A stretch of DNA of 63,152 nt, the filler included, from Chiloscyllium plagiosum (Eukaryota), in NCBI RefSeq assembly GCF_004010195.1. It is 10 parts of 10 records of this genome, joined end to end, with 100 filler letters (N's around TTAATTAATTAA, not from the genome) between each part and the next. Parts side by side here need not be neighbours in the genome. Positions count along the whole stretch, not along the records: positions 40,384 to 63,152 come from NW_025214780.1; 9 more parts are not named here. One strand, written 5' to 3'. Below the pieces are notes generated by a model that saw only the letters and a program-made list of their open reading frames with translations, was not told the DNA's origin and searched no databases. A program made the position numbers and the translations under genes. Shown here one piece after another: positions 49,248 through 61,459 of the stretch (position 1 is its first letter; the number at the start of each line of letters is the position of its first letter).

Positions 49248-49839
49248 GCCCCTCACACTTCCTCTTTTCTCTCTCTCGTCCTTCCCTCCTTCCTCCCTCC
49301 CTTTTCCCATTTTTCCCCTTCTCCGCTTTCACTTGAATATATTCCTGTCATTCATTGACTTACTCCCTCTTTTTCTGTTTATCTCCCTTTCCTTCTGTGT
49401 TGGTTGGTTTCTCTGTCTCTCTGCCCCCCTTATCGTCCATTCCTGTCCTTCACTTATCTTTCTGCCTGTTTCCTCACCCGCTCTCTCCTTGTCCCCTCAA
49501 TCTCTCATTGTCTCACTCTGTCTTTTTCTCACTCCCTCCCTCTGGTCACTCTCTAACTGATCTCTATAGCAGACATTATTCCAGGACATTGGAACGCTGA
49601 GTCTTGGCACAACAGGTAAATGCCTCACCCTCTCTCACTCAATCTCACAATGTGCACATGCTCTTTCTCTCTCTCTCTCTGTCTTCCTTCTCTCTCTCAA
49701 ATGGAAACTCAATGACATGACCAGCATTTAACAAGAATCTACTGGTCATCAATGATCTGACAACACTGATCCCAGCTTGGCATTGAGGGTGAGGATCAGC
49801 CATGATCATAGTGAATGGCAGAGCAGCCTCACAGGGCCA

Positions 49840-49890
49840 AACCCTAACCCTTACCCTAACCCTAACCCTCATCCTAATCCTAACCCTCAC
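49840..49890 (+). repeat. Short interstitial telomere-like (CCCTAA)n tract
   Basis: About 8 units: AACCCTAACCCTTACCCTAACCCTAACCCTCATCCTAATCCTAACCCTC. Confidence 0.8.
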
Positions 49891-50210
49891 ACTGACACTA
49901 CTTCTGCTTCCTGTTTCTATCTTTGCATGTCTGCATTATCGTAAACCTCGCCCCTGGGTATTGATCCTTCTACTGCCTTCCTGTCCACTCTATCCCTGCC
50001 CCTCATAATCTTGTAGCCCTTTATCAGGTCCTCTCTCAACCTTCACTGCTCCAAGAGAAACAATCCCAGCCTTTACAATCCTTCCTCATAGCTCAGACCC
50101 TCCAGGCCAGGCAGCATCCTGGGAAACCTCCTCTGCACCCTTTTGAGTACAGTCATATCCTTCCCAGAATGTGGTGACCAGAATCTGTCTGTCTGTCTCC
50201 TCTTTTTCAC

Positions 50211-50537
50211 TAGATTAGATTTGATTACATTAGATTACATTACAGCGTGGAAACAGGCCCTTCGGCCCAACAAGTCCACACTGACCCGCCGAAGCGCAGC
50301 CCACCCATGCCTCTACATTTACCCCTTACCTAACACTACGGGCAATTTAGCATGGCCAATTCACCTGACCTGCACATCTTTGGACTGTGGGAGGAAACCG
50401 GAGCACCCGGAGGAAACCCATGCAGACACGGGGAGAATGTGCAAACTCCACACAGTCAGTCGCCTGAGGCGGGAATTGAACCCGGGTCTCAGGCGCTGTG
50501 AGGCAGCAGTGCTAGCCACTGTGCGACCGTGCCGCCC
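50211..50537 (-). mobile_element. Full-length HE1-like SINE
   Basis: Reverse complement of the 35063 copy. Confidence 0.9.
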
Positions 50538-50799
50538 TGCACAGTGGCACTAGATTCCCTTTAGTCTTAGTCTCACACCTACTTTATCTCTTCCTCTCTC
50601 TCCACCCTCTCTCTCAGTCACACTGTTTCATACTCTATCTCGCTCTCATTCTCTCTCTCTCTATCCTTCAACCCCACCATCTCTACCTCCCTCTACCTCT
50701 CTCTCTTTCCACCTTTACTCATCTTATACTGCCTCAGACTTTCTGTGTGCGTCTTTCTCTCTCTCTTTCACACCCTATCCTTCTATCTCTCTCACTCTT

Positions 50800-50830
<31 letters not shown>

Positions 50831-51520
50831 CTCACACTCTCTCTCCCCCTCTCTTTCTTTCCCACAATATCACAGATGGCAACTGTTAAATCCAGGGTAA
50901 ATCTCCCTCTGCTCTGCCCCACTAATTGATGTTAACCCTTGATCGCAGAAGCATGTCCTCTCCTGGAGAAAGGCCTCATTTCCCACATTGACCAAGGTTT
51001 GGTGTCTCTCAGGAAGGTAGACAGATTCTTGCCAAATGAAGGACAGTTCTGTGCTGTTGGCCTATTCTCACTGGGGACTGGTTTGGACACAAACCTCATT
51101 CTATGAAGGCCCATCAGAGAGAGGAGATCCTCAGGCCATCAGTGTGAGCTGGAGGGACAGGACAGGCTCTGACCCACTGACCCATCCTGTCCATTCACAA
51201 CATGTTCCAATCCCTTCCCCTCTCCTATCCCTTCTATGGTCAAGCTCCAGTTTTACTGTCAAGAACAGAACCCACCCTGGTCCCCTCACCTTCCACCCCA
51301 CCAACCTCCGTATATATTGCATCATCTTCTACAATTTCCGCTACCTACAAACGGACCCCACCACCAGAGATATATTTCCCTCCCCACTCCTATCCACTTT
51401 CCGTAAAGACGTTCGCTCCGCGACTCCCTTGTCAGGTCCACACCCACCCTTCCAACCCGGCACCTTCTCTGCCACTGCAGGAATTGCAAAGCCTTTGCTC
51501 ACACCACCCCCCCTCACCGT

Positions 51521-51833
51521 GGGCAGCATGGTGGCACAGTGGTTAGCACTGCTGCCTCGCAACGCCTGAGACCCGGGTTCAATTCCCACCTCAGGCGACT
51601 GACTGTGTGGAGTTTGCACGTTCTCCCCGTGTCTGCGTGGGTTTCCTCCGGGTGCTCCAGTTTCCTCCCACAATCCAATGATGTGCAGGTCAGGTGAATT
51701 AGCCATGCTAAATTGCCCGTAGTGTTAGGTAATGGGTAAATGTAGGGGTATAGGTGGGTTGCGCTTTGGTGGGTCGGTGTGGACATGTTGGGCCGAAGGG
51801 CCTGTTTCCACACTGTAATGTAATCTAATCTAA
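51521..51833 (+). mobile_element. HE1-like SINE nested in the Penelope element
   Basis: Full head-to-tail match that splits the endonuclease region. Confidence 0.9.
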
Positions 51834-52401
51834 ACCTCTGTCCAAGGCCCCAAAGGAGCCTTCCACATCCATCACAGTTCTACCTGCACTTCCACACATG
51901 TCATTTACTGTGTCCATTGCTCCCAATGCAGTCTCCTGTACATTAAGGAGACAGGATGCCTACTCACAGAATGCTTCAGGGAACATCTCCGGGACACCCG
52001 CACCAACCAACCCCACTGCCCCAAGCCAAACACTTGAACTCCCCCTTCCACTCCGCTAAGGACATGCAGGTCCTGGGCCTCCTCCATTGCGACTTCCTAG
52101 CCAGCGACGCCCAGAGGAAGAACGCCTCATCTTCCACCTCGGGACCCTCCAACCCCACAGCATCAATGTGGATTTCACCAGTTTCCTCATTTCACCACCC
52201 CCCCATCTTACCCCAGATCCAACTCATCCCTGCCTTTGTGACCTGTCCGATCTGTCCATCTTCCTTCCCATCTATCCACTCCACACTCCTCTCTGAATTA
52301 TCACCATTACCCCCACCTCCACCTACCTATGCACTCTCAGCTACCTTCCTCCCAGCCCACTGCCTCCCATTTATCTCACCACCCCCTTGGCTCACAGCCT
52401 C

Positions 52402-52437
52402 ATTCCTGATGAAGGGCTTATGCCTGAAACGTTGATT
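52402..52437 (+). ncRNA. Minimal hammerhead ribozyme motif (best-preserved core)
   Basis: ATTC-CTGATGA-A-GGGC TTAT GCCT-GAAAC-GTT-GATT. Confidence 0.7.
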
Positions 52438-52630
52438 CTCCTGTTCCTCGAATGCTGTGCTTTTCCAGCACCATACTTGCAACTCTAATCTCCAGATTCT
52501 GCAATCCTTGCTTTCATCCAGTTTTACTGGGATAAGGACTGGACTACCACACAGTTACAACAGAAGGAAATGAGCCCCACACCCACTATGGTGTCCATGT
52601 CTCACTGGACTATCCATTCCCACCAGACCC

Positions 52631-52920
52631 TCCCATAGAGACCTTTAAACATGGGCCTCTTTGCCACTGAACTGTCTAATGGAGACCAGTAAATATGGGC
52701 GGTCTTCCAACTGAATACTCCAGCAGAGACAAGTAAACATGGACCTTATTCCTGTTGTGCCCTCTAAGAGAAAACAGGAAATAAAAGCTCATTTGATTGA
52801 TCTCTCCAGTACAGACCAGTAAATATGGGCAAGCTTCAAATTGGATGCTCCAATAGAGACCAGTAAATATGCAGCTTCTTGCAACTGCACCATCCAATAG
52901 AGAGCAGTAAACATGGATCA
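52631..52920 (+). repeat. Degenerate 44-bp tandem array (resumes at 53968-54066)
   Basis: Units at 52631, 52675, 52719, 52763, 52805, 52849, 52893, then 53968, 54012 and 54056. Confidence 0.8.
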
Positions 52921-52929
52921 CATTGCTGT

Positions 52930-53925
52930 AGCAAGATTGGAACTTCGGAATGAGGAGCAGGAATAGGTAATTCAGCCCTTCAAGCCTGTTTGCCATTTAA
53001 CATGATCATGGCTGATCTTATCCTCATCTCCACTTTCCAGACTGCTCCCCATTGCCCTCTATCCTGCTTTTCATCAAAAAGATATCTGTGTTTTTTTAAT
53101 CTGTTGATTGATTCTGCCTCCACTTCGCTCTGGGGGCAGTGACTTCCACAGATTCTCAACTCTCGGAGAGAAGGAGTTACAACAAAACAGAATCCCTACA
53201 ATATGGAAACAGGCCAGTTGGCTCAACAAGTCCATACTGGCACTTCAAAGAGCATCCCACACATAGCCATCCCTTTCCCTGTAACCCTACATTTCCCATG
53301 ACTAACCTATACATCCCTGGACACTGTGGGTAATGTAGCATGGCCAATCCTCCCAGTATATGTATCTTTAGACTGTGGAAGCAATACCCAAATGAAACCC
53401 ATAGAGATGGGGATGAATGTGCAAACTCCACACAGTTGCCTGAGGGTGGCATTGAACCCAGGTCCCTGCTCTGTGAGGCAGCAGTGCTAACCACAGCACC
53501 ACCAAGCCACCTGTAGCTTCTTCTCATCACAGTTTTGAACCAACCTCCTCTCAGTCGATATCTATGACCTATTGTTCGAGACTATCCCACAAGAGGGAAC
53601 ATCTGTTCCCTGTCTGCCTTATCAATCTCCTTTGGCATGTTATATACCTCACACAGACCCCCCCTCATGTGACTCAATTCCAGCGAGTATAAGGCAAGCT
53701 ATTCAACCATTCCTGTACGACAGCCCTTTCATCCCAGGAATCAGTTTGGTGAATATCTTCTGAACTGCATCCAGTGCCACCATATCCTTTATCAAGTAAG
53801 GAGACCAAAACTGGACACAATGTTTCAGATGTGGTCTTACCAATGCCTCACAGAATTGTAACAATATTTCTTTATTTCTGTAATCCAGTCCTTTTATAAT
53901 AAATACCAAGATTCCAATTGCTGCA
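52930..53925 (-). mobile_element. CR1 3' end with a nested degenerate HE1-like SINE (~53178-53508)
   Basis: LVRPHLKHCVQFWSPY motif; SINE V-domain on the minus strand. Confidence 0.75.
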
Positions 53926-54204
53926 AGAAATGTCAACATTCCAATTCCATGGGACTCAATTGGAACCTCCAACAAAGATCAGTAAACATGGGCCTCCATC
54001 CCACTGGAATGTCCAATGGACAGCAGTGAGCAAGGGCCTCTTACCCACTGGACCCTCCAGTATTGGAGCTTCAAACCCCATTTCCTCGCCATCACATAAA
54101 TCTCTTATTTCAATCTCCACAACATTGTTTGTCTCTGTGCTACATCAGCCCCTTGACCACAGAAACCCTATTCTTGCTCATCCCACCTCCAAACTCTCCC
54201 AGCT

Positions 54205-55975
54205 GAGAGTCATACAGTCATAGAGATGTACAACACGGAAACAGACCCTTCGGTCCAACCCGTCCATGCCGACCAGATATCCCAACCCAATCTAGTCCCA
54301 CCTGCCAGCACCCGGCCCATATCCCTCCAAACCCTTCCTATTCATACACCCATCCAGATGCCTTTTAAATGCTGTGATTGTACTAGCTTCCACCACTTGC
54401 TGTGTGAAAATATTACCCCTTAGGTCTCTTTTATATCTTTTCCCCTCTCACCCCAAAACCTATGCCCCCTAGTTCTGGACTCCCATACCCCAGAAGGTGG
54501 TAAGGATGCATCTATTTAATCTATCCATGCCCCTCATGATTTTAAAAACCTGTGTAAGGTCACTCCTCAATCTGCAATGCTCCAGGGGAAACAGCCCTAG
54601 CCTATTCAACCTCTCCCTATGGCTCAAATCCTCCAACCCTGGCAACAACCTTGTAAATCTTTTCTGAACCCTTTCAAGTTTCACAACATCCTTCCGATAG
54701 GAAGGAGACCAGAATTGCACGCAATATTCCAACAGTGGCCTAACCAATGTCCTGAACAGCCACAACGTGACCTCCAACTCTTGGACTCAATACTCTGAAC
54801 AATAACGGATAGCATACCAAACACCTTCTTCACTATCCTATCTACTGCGACTCTATATTCAAGGAGCTGTGAACCTGCACTCCAAGGTCTCTTTGTTCAG
54901 CAACACTCCACAGGAACTTTCCATTAAGTGTATATGTCCTGCTAAGATTTGCTTTCCCAAAATGCCGCACCTCGCATTTATCTAAATTAAATTCCATCTG
55001 CCACTCCTCATCCCATTGGCCCATTTGAACAAAATCCTGTTGTAACATGAGATAACCTTCTTCGCTGTCCACTACACCTCCAGTTTTGGTGTCATTTGCA
55101 AACTTACTAACTATACCTTTTAAACTCACATCCAAAGCATTTGTATAAATGACAAAAAGTAGTAGTCCCAGCATCGATCCTTATGGCACTCCACTGGTCA
55201 CAGGCCTCCAGTCTGCAAAACAACCCTCGATCACCACCCTCTGTCTTCTACCTTTGAGCCAGTCTGTATCCAAATGGCTAGTTCTCCCTATATTCCATGA
55301 GATCTGACCTTGCTAACCAGTGTCTCATGAGGAATCTTGTCGAATGCATTATTGAAGTCCATATAGATCATATCTACCACTCTTCCCTCATCAATCCTCT
55401 TTGTTATTTCTTCACAAAATTCAATCAAGTTTGTGAGACATGATTTCCCACACACAAAGCAATGTTGACTATCCGTAATCAGTCCTTGCCTTTCCAAATA
55501 CATGTACATTCTGTCCCTCAGGATTCCCTCGAACAACTTGCCCACAACCGACAGCAGTGTTGCTGGTCTATGCTTCCCTGGTTTGTCCTTACCACCTTTC
55601 TTAAACAGTGGCACCACATTAGCCAACCTCCAGTCTTCCGGCACCTCACCTGTGACTATCAATGATACAAATATCTCAGCAAGAGGCCCAGCAAACACTT
55701 CCCTAGCTTCCCACAGTTCTAGGGTACTCCTGATCAGATCCTGAGGATTTATCCACCTTCATGTATTTTAAGACATCCAGCACTTCCGCCTCTGTAATAT
55801 GGAAATTCTATATCTTCTATCTCCTTTTCCACAGTAAACACTGATGTAAAATACTCGTTCAGTATCTCCCCCATTTCCTGCAGCTCCACCCAAAGGCCGC
55901 CTTGCTGATCTTTGAGGGGCCCTATTCTCTCCCTAGTTACTGTTTTGTCCTTAACGTATTTGTAAAACGCTTTGG
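54205..55975 (-). mobile_element. CR1 (HER1-like) LINE RT and 3' end
   Basis: WRLANVVPLFKKG, KSCLTNLIEF, YMDFNNAFDKIPH, KFANDTK and RPLLEYCVQFWSP. Confidence 0.9.
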
Positions 55976-56875
55976 ATCTTCATCAACCTTTGCTCTGTAA
56001 ATTCCAAATTGTCTGAAACAGACTAGTCCCTTCCCTGTCTCACACCAAGGAGGAGATGAACAGATTGTATATCAATAATGATTAGAAGGTTATGGAGAGT
56101 GGGGGTGGTCAGACTTGATCAAAGAGATAATGGCTCCCACAGTTGAATATCCTGCTGGCAGGCCCCAGCCTTTTACACACAGAATGGAGAAGTGTGTATG
56201 GTAGGGATATATTGTAGGGCTCCATGGAACTATCCCTCAGCATCAAGTGTCCCTCAGGAGGGGGGAGAGAATGTTCAGGGTCCTGAGCTCCATTTCCCAG
56301 CCCAGCCAGTTTGTCTCCCAATGAATGAAAGATGCCAATTTGGAGCCCAGGTTAGGGACAGTCTCTGCTGTGGACCCAGGTCTACAAGAGTCAACTGGAG
56401 ATTGAGCTGAAAAGGAAAGATTTGCTGGGTTATGGGCAGAGAGAGAGGGGCAGTGGGACTAATTGGGTCACTCACAGACACGATTGGCTGAATGGTCTCT
56501 TCCTCTGCTGGGGGAGCAGATTTAGGACTGAATTGAGAAGGAATTGCTTCACCCAGAGGGTGGTGAGTCGATGGAATTCCCTGCCCAGCGAAGTGGTTGA
56601 GGCCTCCTCAGTAAATGTTTTTAAAGCTAAGACAGGGAATTTTTTTGAACAGTAAAGGAATTAAGGGTTATGGTGAGGGGGTGGGTAGGGGAAGCAGAGG
56701 CCAGGAAAAGATCAGCCATGATCTTACTGAATGGCAGAGCAGCCCAAGGGGCCAGACGGCCGACTCCTGCTCCTAGTCCTTATGATCTTATGTGCTGTCA
56801 GATTCCACGGAGTGCAGACCGTTCACAGTTTTCTCCCGTCTCAGTAACAAACGTCCAGCTGCTCCGAGCTCCTTC

Positions 56876-56887
56876 TTTCACTTCCTC
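56876..56887 (-). promoter_or_regulatory. Ets-IRF composite element (EICE)
   Basis: Minus strand GAGGAAGTGAAA matches GGAAnnGAAA. Confidence 0.45.
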
Positions 56888-57154
56888 TCTTGGTGAAGTT
56901 TCAACCTTGCGATCTGACAGTCTTTGCAGTTATTTTGTACACTGGGGTTTTCTGCTGTGGTCAGAATCTCTAATAATAAGTGTCCAATCAGTGACAATCA
57001 CGGCAGCTAAGAGCAGTCAGGACTGAGGAGCCAGGCTCACTGGGAAACACATTCAGAAGATCAAAGCCATCCTCTTCAGCTCCTGGTACAAACTCCATCC
57101 CTCTCCCTGAGCACTGTCTGCTGCTCAACCAGACTCTTTACAAAAACAGAATAC

Positions 57155-57365
57155 CTCAGCAGGTCTGGCTGCATCTGGGGAAAGGAATCAGAGTTAACCT
57201 TTCAGGTCGAGTCACCCTTCCACAGAACAGTTCTGAAGAATGTTCACTTGACCCAAAAGTTTAACTCTGCTTTCTCTCCACAGGTGGTGCCAGACTTGCT
57301 GCGCTTTTCCAGCAATTTCTGTTTGTGTTCCTCATTTACAGCATCCGCAGCTTTTTCAACTTTTG
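57155..57365. mobile_element. Palindromic Penelope terminal-repeat derivative, hammerhead family 2, degenerate
   Basis: GAGTTAACCTTTCAGGTCGAGTCACCCTTCCACAGAAC is inverted against GTTCTGAAGAATGTTCACTTGACCCAAAAGTTTAACTC. Confidence 0.6.
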
Positions 57366-57429
57366 TTTAATATCAGACTCCTTTCAATCTTGGCCTCATT
57401 TTTGAGGCTGATCTGAGCCCCAAGTCCTC

Positions 57430-58985
57430 CACATCATTGAGAGAGAAAGCAGAATATATCATGGCTGATCATCCAACTCTGTCGCATGTTCCCACTTTCT
57501 CCCCATAACGTTTGATTCCTTTCATCCAAAGAAATGATATTTAGCTCTTTCTGGTAAACCTTTAAAGGTTTGGGGTCAACTGCTGTCAAGGACAGAAATT
57601 TCCACAGGCTTCTCACTCACTGAATGAAAACATTTCCATCTCCACCCTAAATGGCCTTTCCCGTATCCTTAAGTTGTAATTCTTGATTCTGGACTCCCCA
57701 GTCATCAGGAACATCCTGCCGTGACTGATGAGGATTTTGTAGTTTTCAACGTGACTCCCCTCAATCTTCTAACCTCCAGTGAATATAATCCTAACCGATC
57801 CAGTTTCTCATCAGATCTAAGTGCTGTCATCCCAGGAATCAGTCTGGTAAACCTTCACTGTCCTCCCCCCAAATCCAGAACATCCTTCCTCAGATAAGGA
57901 AACCAAAACTGCACACAATAGAATCATAAAATCACACAGTACAGAAGAGGCCCTTCGTCCCATTGAACCTGTACCTGCCAAACCTACACTCATCCCATTT
58001 TCCAACACAAGGGCCTGGCCTTTAAATGTTATGAAAATTCAAGTCTTCATCCAAGTACTTCTTAAAGGTTGTGAGATTTGTCACCGCACCTACTATCCCA
58101 GGCAGTGCAAACCAGACCCCCACCACCCTCTGGGTGAAAACCTGCCCTTCAAATCCCCTCCAAAGCTCCTGAATTTCACAGTGAATGTGTGCCAACTCTG
58201 AGTAAGGGGAACAGCAGCTTTCTATTCATTCCCCTCATGGCTGTATACACCTTTACCAGGTCCCCCCACTACCTTCTCTGCTTCAAAGTAAACAACCCAA
58301 GCTTATCCAGCCTCTCTTCATCGCTGAAATGCTCCCTCCCAAGCAACATCCTGGTGAATACCCTCTGCACCCCCTCCAGTACAATCCCATCCTTCCGATC
58401 GCGTGGTGACCAGAACTGCACACAGTACTCCAGCTGTGGCCTAACCAAAGTTCTGTATAGCTCCAACATCTCTTCCATGGTCTTCTAATCTATACCTGAA
58501 ATGATAAAGGCAAGTATCCCATATATCTTCATAAATACCTTATTCGCCTGTTACATCTTTCAAAGTTCATCACCTCACATTTATCAGGGGTAAGTTCCAT
58601 CTGACTCTGATCTGCCCATCTGATCAATACAGTTAGACCCTCCTGTAACCTAAAATCTTCTTCCTCACTGTCAACCATCTGCCAAACCTCGTGTCATCTA
58701 CAAACTCAGTCGCCATCCACTCACCCCCACCCCTCACCTCTCACATTCTCATCTTCATTGTTTCAATATATCCTGAACAATAAGGGACCCAGCACTGGTC
58801 CCTGTGGTATCCCACTGCACACTGGGCCCAGTCACACAAACAACTTTTTACCTCCACCCACTGTCTCCTGTCACTGAACCAGTTTTGGTTTGAATATTCC
58901 AGGTGTGGAGTCACTAAGGCCCCATACAATTACAGCAAGATATCCCTGTTCCTGTACTGAAATCTTTTCACTATAAAGGTGTTTC
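57430..58985 (-). mobile_element. Nested degenerate CR1 3' fragments
   Basis: LYRTLVRPQLEYCVQFWSP and related motifs. Confidence 0.75.
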
Positions 58986-59134
58986 CAGGCAAAAGAATCT
59001 CTGTGTTTATTCTATACAAAAGATAAGTATAATACTAGAACAAATGCAAATGTAATGAACAGCGAAATTAACACTATCAGTTATACAGAGGACAGTAATG
59101 AAATACACTGTCAAATTAAACACTGTTAGAAGCT

Positions 59135-59845
59135 AGAGTCGAAAAGTGTGGCACTGGAAAAGCACAGCAGGTCAGGCAGCATCTGAGGAGCAGGAGAATC
59201 GATGTTTCGGGCATAAGCCCTTCATTAGGAATGTTGGGTGTTGGGGGGAAGGGAGCTGAGAAATAAATAGGAGGGTGGAGATGGAGGTGGGGGTGGGGCT
59301 GTGGGTAGGATAAAGGAGCTGGGAAGGCAATAGGTAGATGCAAGTGAGGGGTCAAAGGGGAGGGTGAAGTGGATAGGTGGGAAGGATGATGGACAGGTAG
59401 GACAGTTCAACAGGGCGGTGTCGAGTTGCAGGGTTGGATCTGGGTTGCCGTGGGGGGAGAGGACATAAGGAAACTGATTAAATTTATGTTGATGCTGTGT
59501 GGTTGGAGGGTCCCAAGGTGGAAGATGAGGTGTTATTCCTCCAGGCACTGGGTGGCTTGGATTTGACAGTGGAGGAGGCCCAGAACTTTCATGTCTTTGG
59601 CAGAGTGGGAGGGGGCGTTGAACAAGCCAGCCATAGGGCGATGGGGTTGTTTGTTGCGTGTGTTCCAGCGATGTTCCCTGAAACATTCCACGAGTCCTCC
59701 ACCTCCCCCCCCCCACATTCCTGATGAAGGGCTTATGGCCACAACTTCGATTCTCCTGCTCCTCGGATGCTGCCTGACGTGCTGTGCTTTTCCAGCACCT
59801 CACTTTCCAAGTCTGTTCTCCAGCATCTGCAGTCCTCACTTTCTA
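59135..59845 (-). mobile_element. Penelope-like element end with inverted terminal repeats
   Basis: Minus repeat at 59135-59233, endonuclease C-terminus (CFREHR...HRPMA..FNAPSHS), plus-strand repeat at 59716-59845 with CTGATGA at 59721. Confidence 0.8.
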
Positions 59846-61459
59846 CAATTTGAAGTTAAACAGTTTTAATCACAGAAATCTTCATCAGGCTCCCTACTCT
59901 TGGGGTCCCAATGCACTGTCACCACCCACCATCTCCTCCCTGTGAGCTCAGAGGGAAACTTTGGGGTCTCAGGATTTTCAGCTCAGCACCGAGGAAAATG
60001 CAGATTTAAAAAGCGTCCTGTTGCTGAGTTCTCACCGTTGGTTCTCTTGGCTCAGGACAGGCCTGTCTCTGGAAGCTCTCGTTCAGATCGCGTTTGGTTG
60101 GTGTTCCTGCTCTCGGGTGTCCTTTGTTGCGATGATGCTCTTGGTTTGGTTTCTGGATGCAGCTTCTCTGTTCAGCCTCTGTGGTTCTTGGTTCTGAAGC
60201 TGCTTGTTGGGACTTGCTGAAGCTGTTCCTGCAGATACTTGTTGTTGAAAAGGCTCACCCTCAGATTAGGGCTGGCTGTTATACAGACTGTGTGCCCCAT
60301 TATCTCCCCTCAGATCTGTGTTGGCCAATGTGTTTATGGTGTTCCCTTTGGGGTCAGTTGGCTTCCTGACAGCTAAGAGCATGTGTGAATGTATCTTGAT
60401 TGATGATGAATGCCCAATATCCCTGTGAATAAATATTGATTGTGTTGAATGTCCAGTATCTGTACAGGTTCCAAAATATCTGTGTTAGTAGGCCGAGGTG
60501 TAAAAGTGAGGTTCAGTCTGGAGAATGAGNNNNNNNNNNNNNNNNNNNNNNNNNNNNNNNNNNNNNNNNNNNNNNNNNNNNNNNNNNNNNNNNNNNNNNN
60601 NNNNNNNNNNNNNNNNNNNNNNNNNNNNNNNNNNNNNNNNNNNNNNNNNNNNNNNNNNNNNNNNNNNNNNNNNNNNNNNNNNNNNNNNNNNNNNNNNNNN
60701 NNNNNNNNNNNNNNNNNNNNNNNNNNNNNNNNNNNNNNNNNNNNNNNNNNNNNNNNNNNNNNNNNNNNNNNNNNNNNNNNNNNNNNNNNNNNNNNNNNNN
60801 NNNNNNNNNNNNNNNNNNNNNNNNNNNNNNNNNNNNNNNNNNNNNNNNNNNNNNNNNNNNNNNNNNNNNNNNNNNNNNNNNNNNNNNNNNNNNNNNNNNN
60901 NNNNNNNNNNNNNNNNNNNNNNNNNNNNNNNNNNNNNNNNNNNNNNNNNNNNNNNNNNNNNNNNNNNNNNNNNNNNNNNNCAAAGGATGGCCCCTTCTGA
61001 GGCTGTGCCATCAGGTCCCAATCTCTCTGCCAAGTGGAAACATCTTCTCCATGTCTCCTCTATCCAGGCCTCTCAGTTTACTGTATGTTTCACTGAGATT
61101 CTCCCTCATCCTTCTAAACTCCATCGAGTACAGACCGAGTACAGGCCTCAACCACTCCTCATACAAACTTCTTTGTATTCTCTGAGCAATCTCCCTCTGT
61201 CCCTCTGTTAATCTTTCTCCAGATACAAAAATATAGTGTCTGAATTCTCTAATGCCTTTGAGTTTGTTCACCTCACAGGAGAAAGTTCACTTTGGGAATT
61301 GTCCAATTCTCTTTGGCTCTCACAGTTTTTCTCATCGCCTCCTCTACCACACTCACTGCTTGACACACCTGTACACAACTGATTGGTTTCTCAAACACTA
61401 GGAGAGGAATTAAGGATCCTGCTTTCATCACGTGTTTACCTACAACTCGACAAGTTATT

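Larger units (their letters stand above)
51200..52515 (+). mobile_element. Penelope-like element 3' part (GIY-YIG endonuclease plus terminal repeat)
   Basis: CHCRNCK, then TCTSTHVIYCVHCSQCSLLYIKETG...FREHLRD after the nested SINE; terminal repeat at ~52395-52515. Confidence 0.85.

Noticed and set aside
52631-52920. Repeat-spacer-like 44-bp array as CRISPR
   Set aside because: The variable halves are still related to each other and the repeats are degenerate; no cas genes
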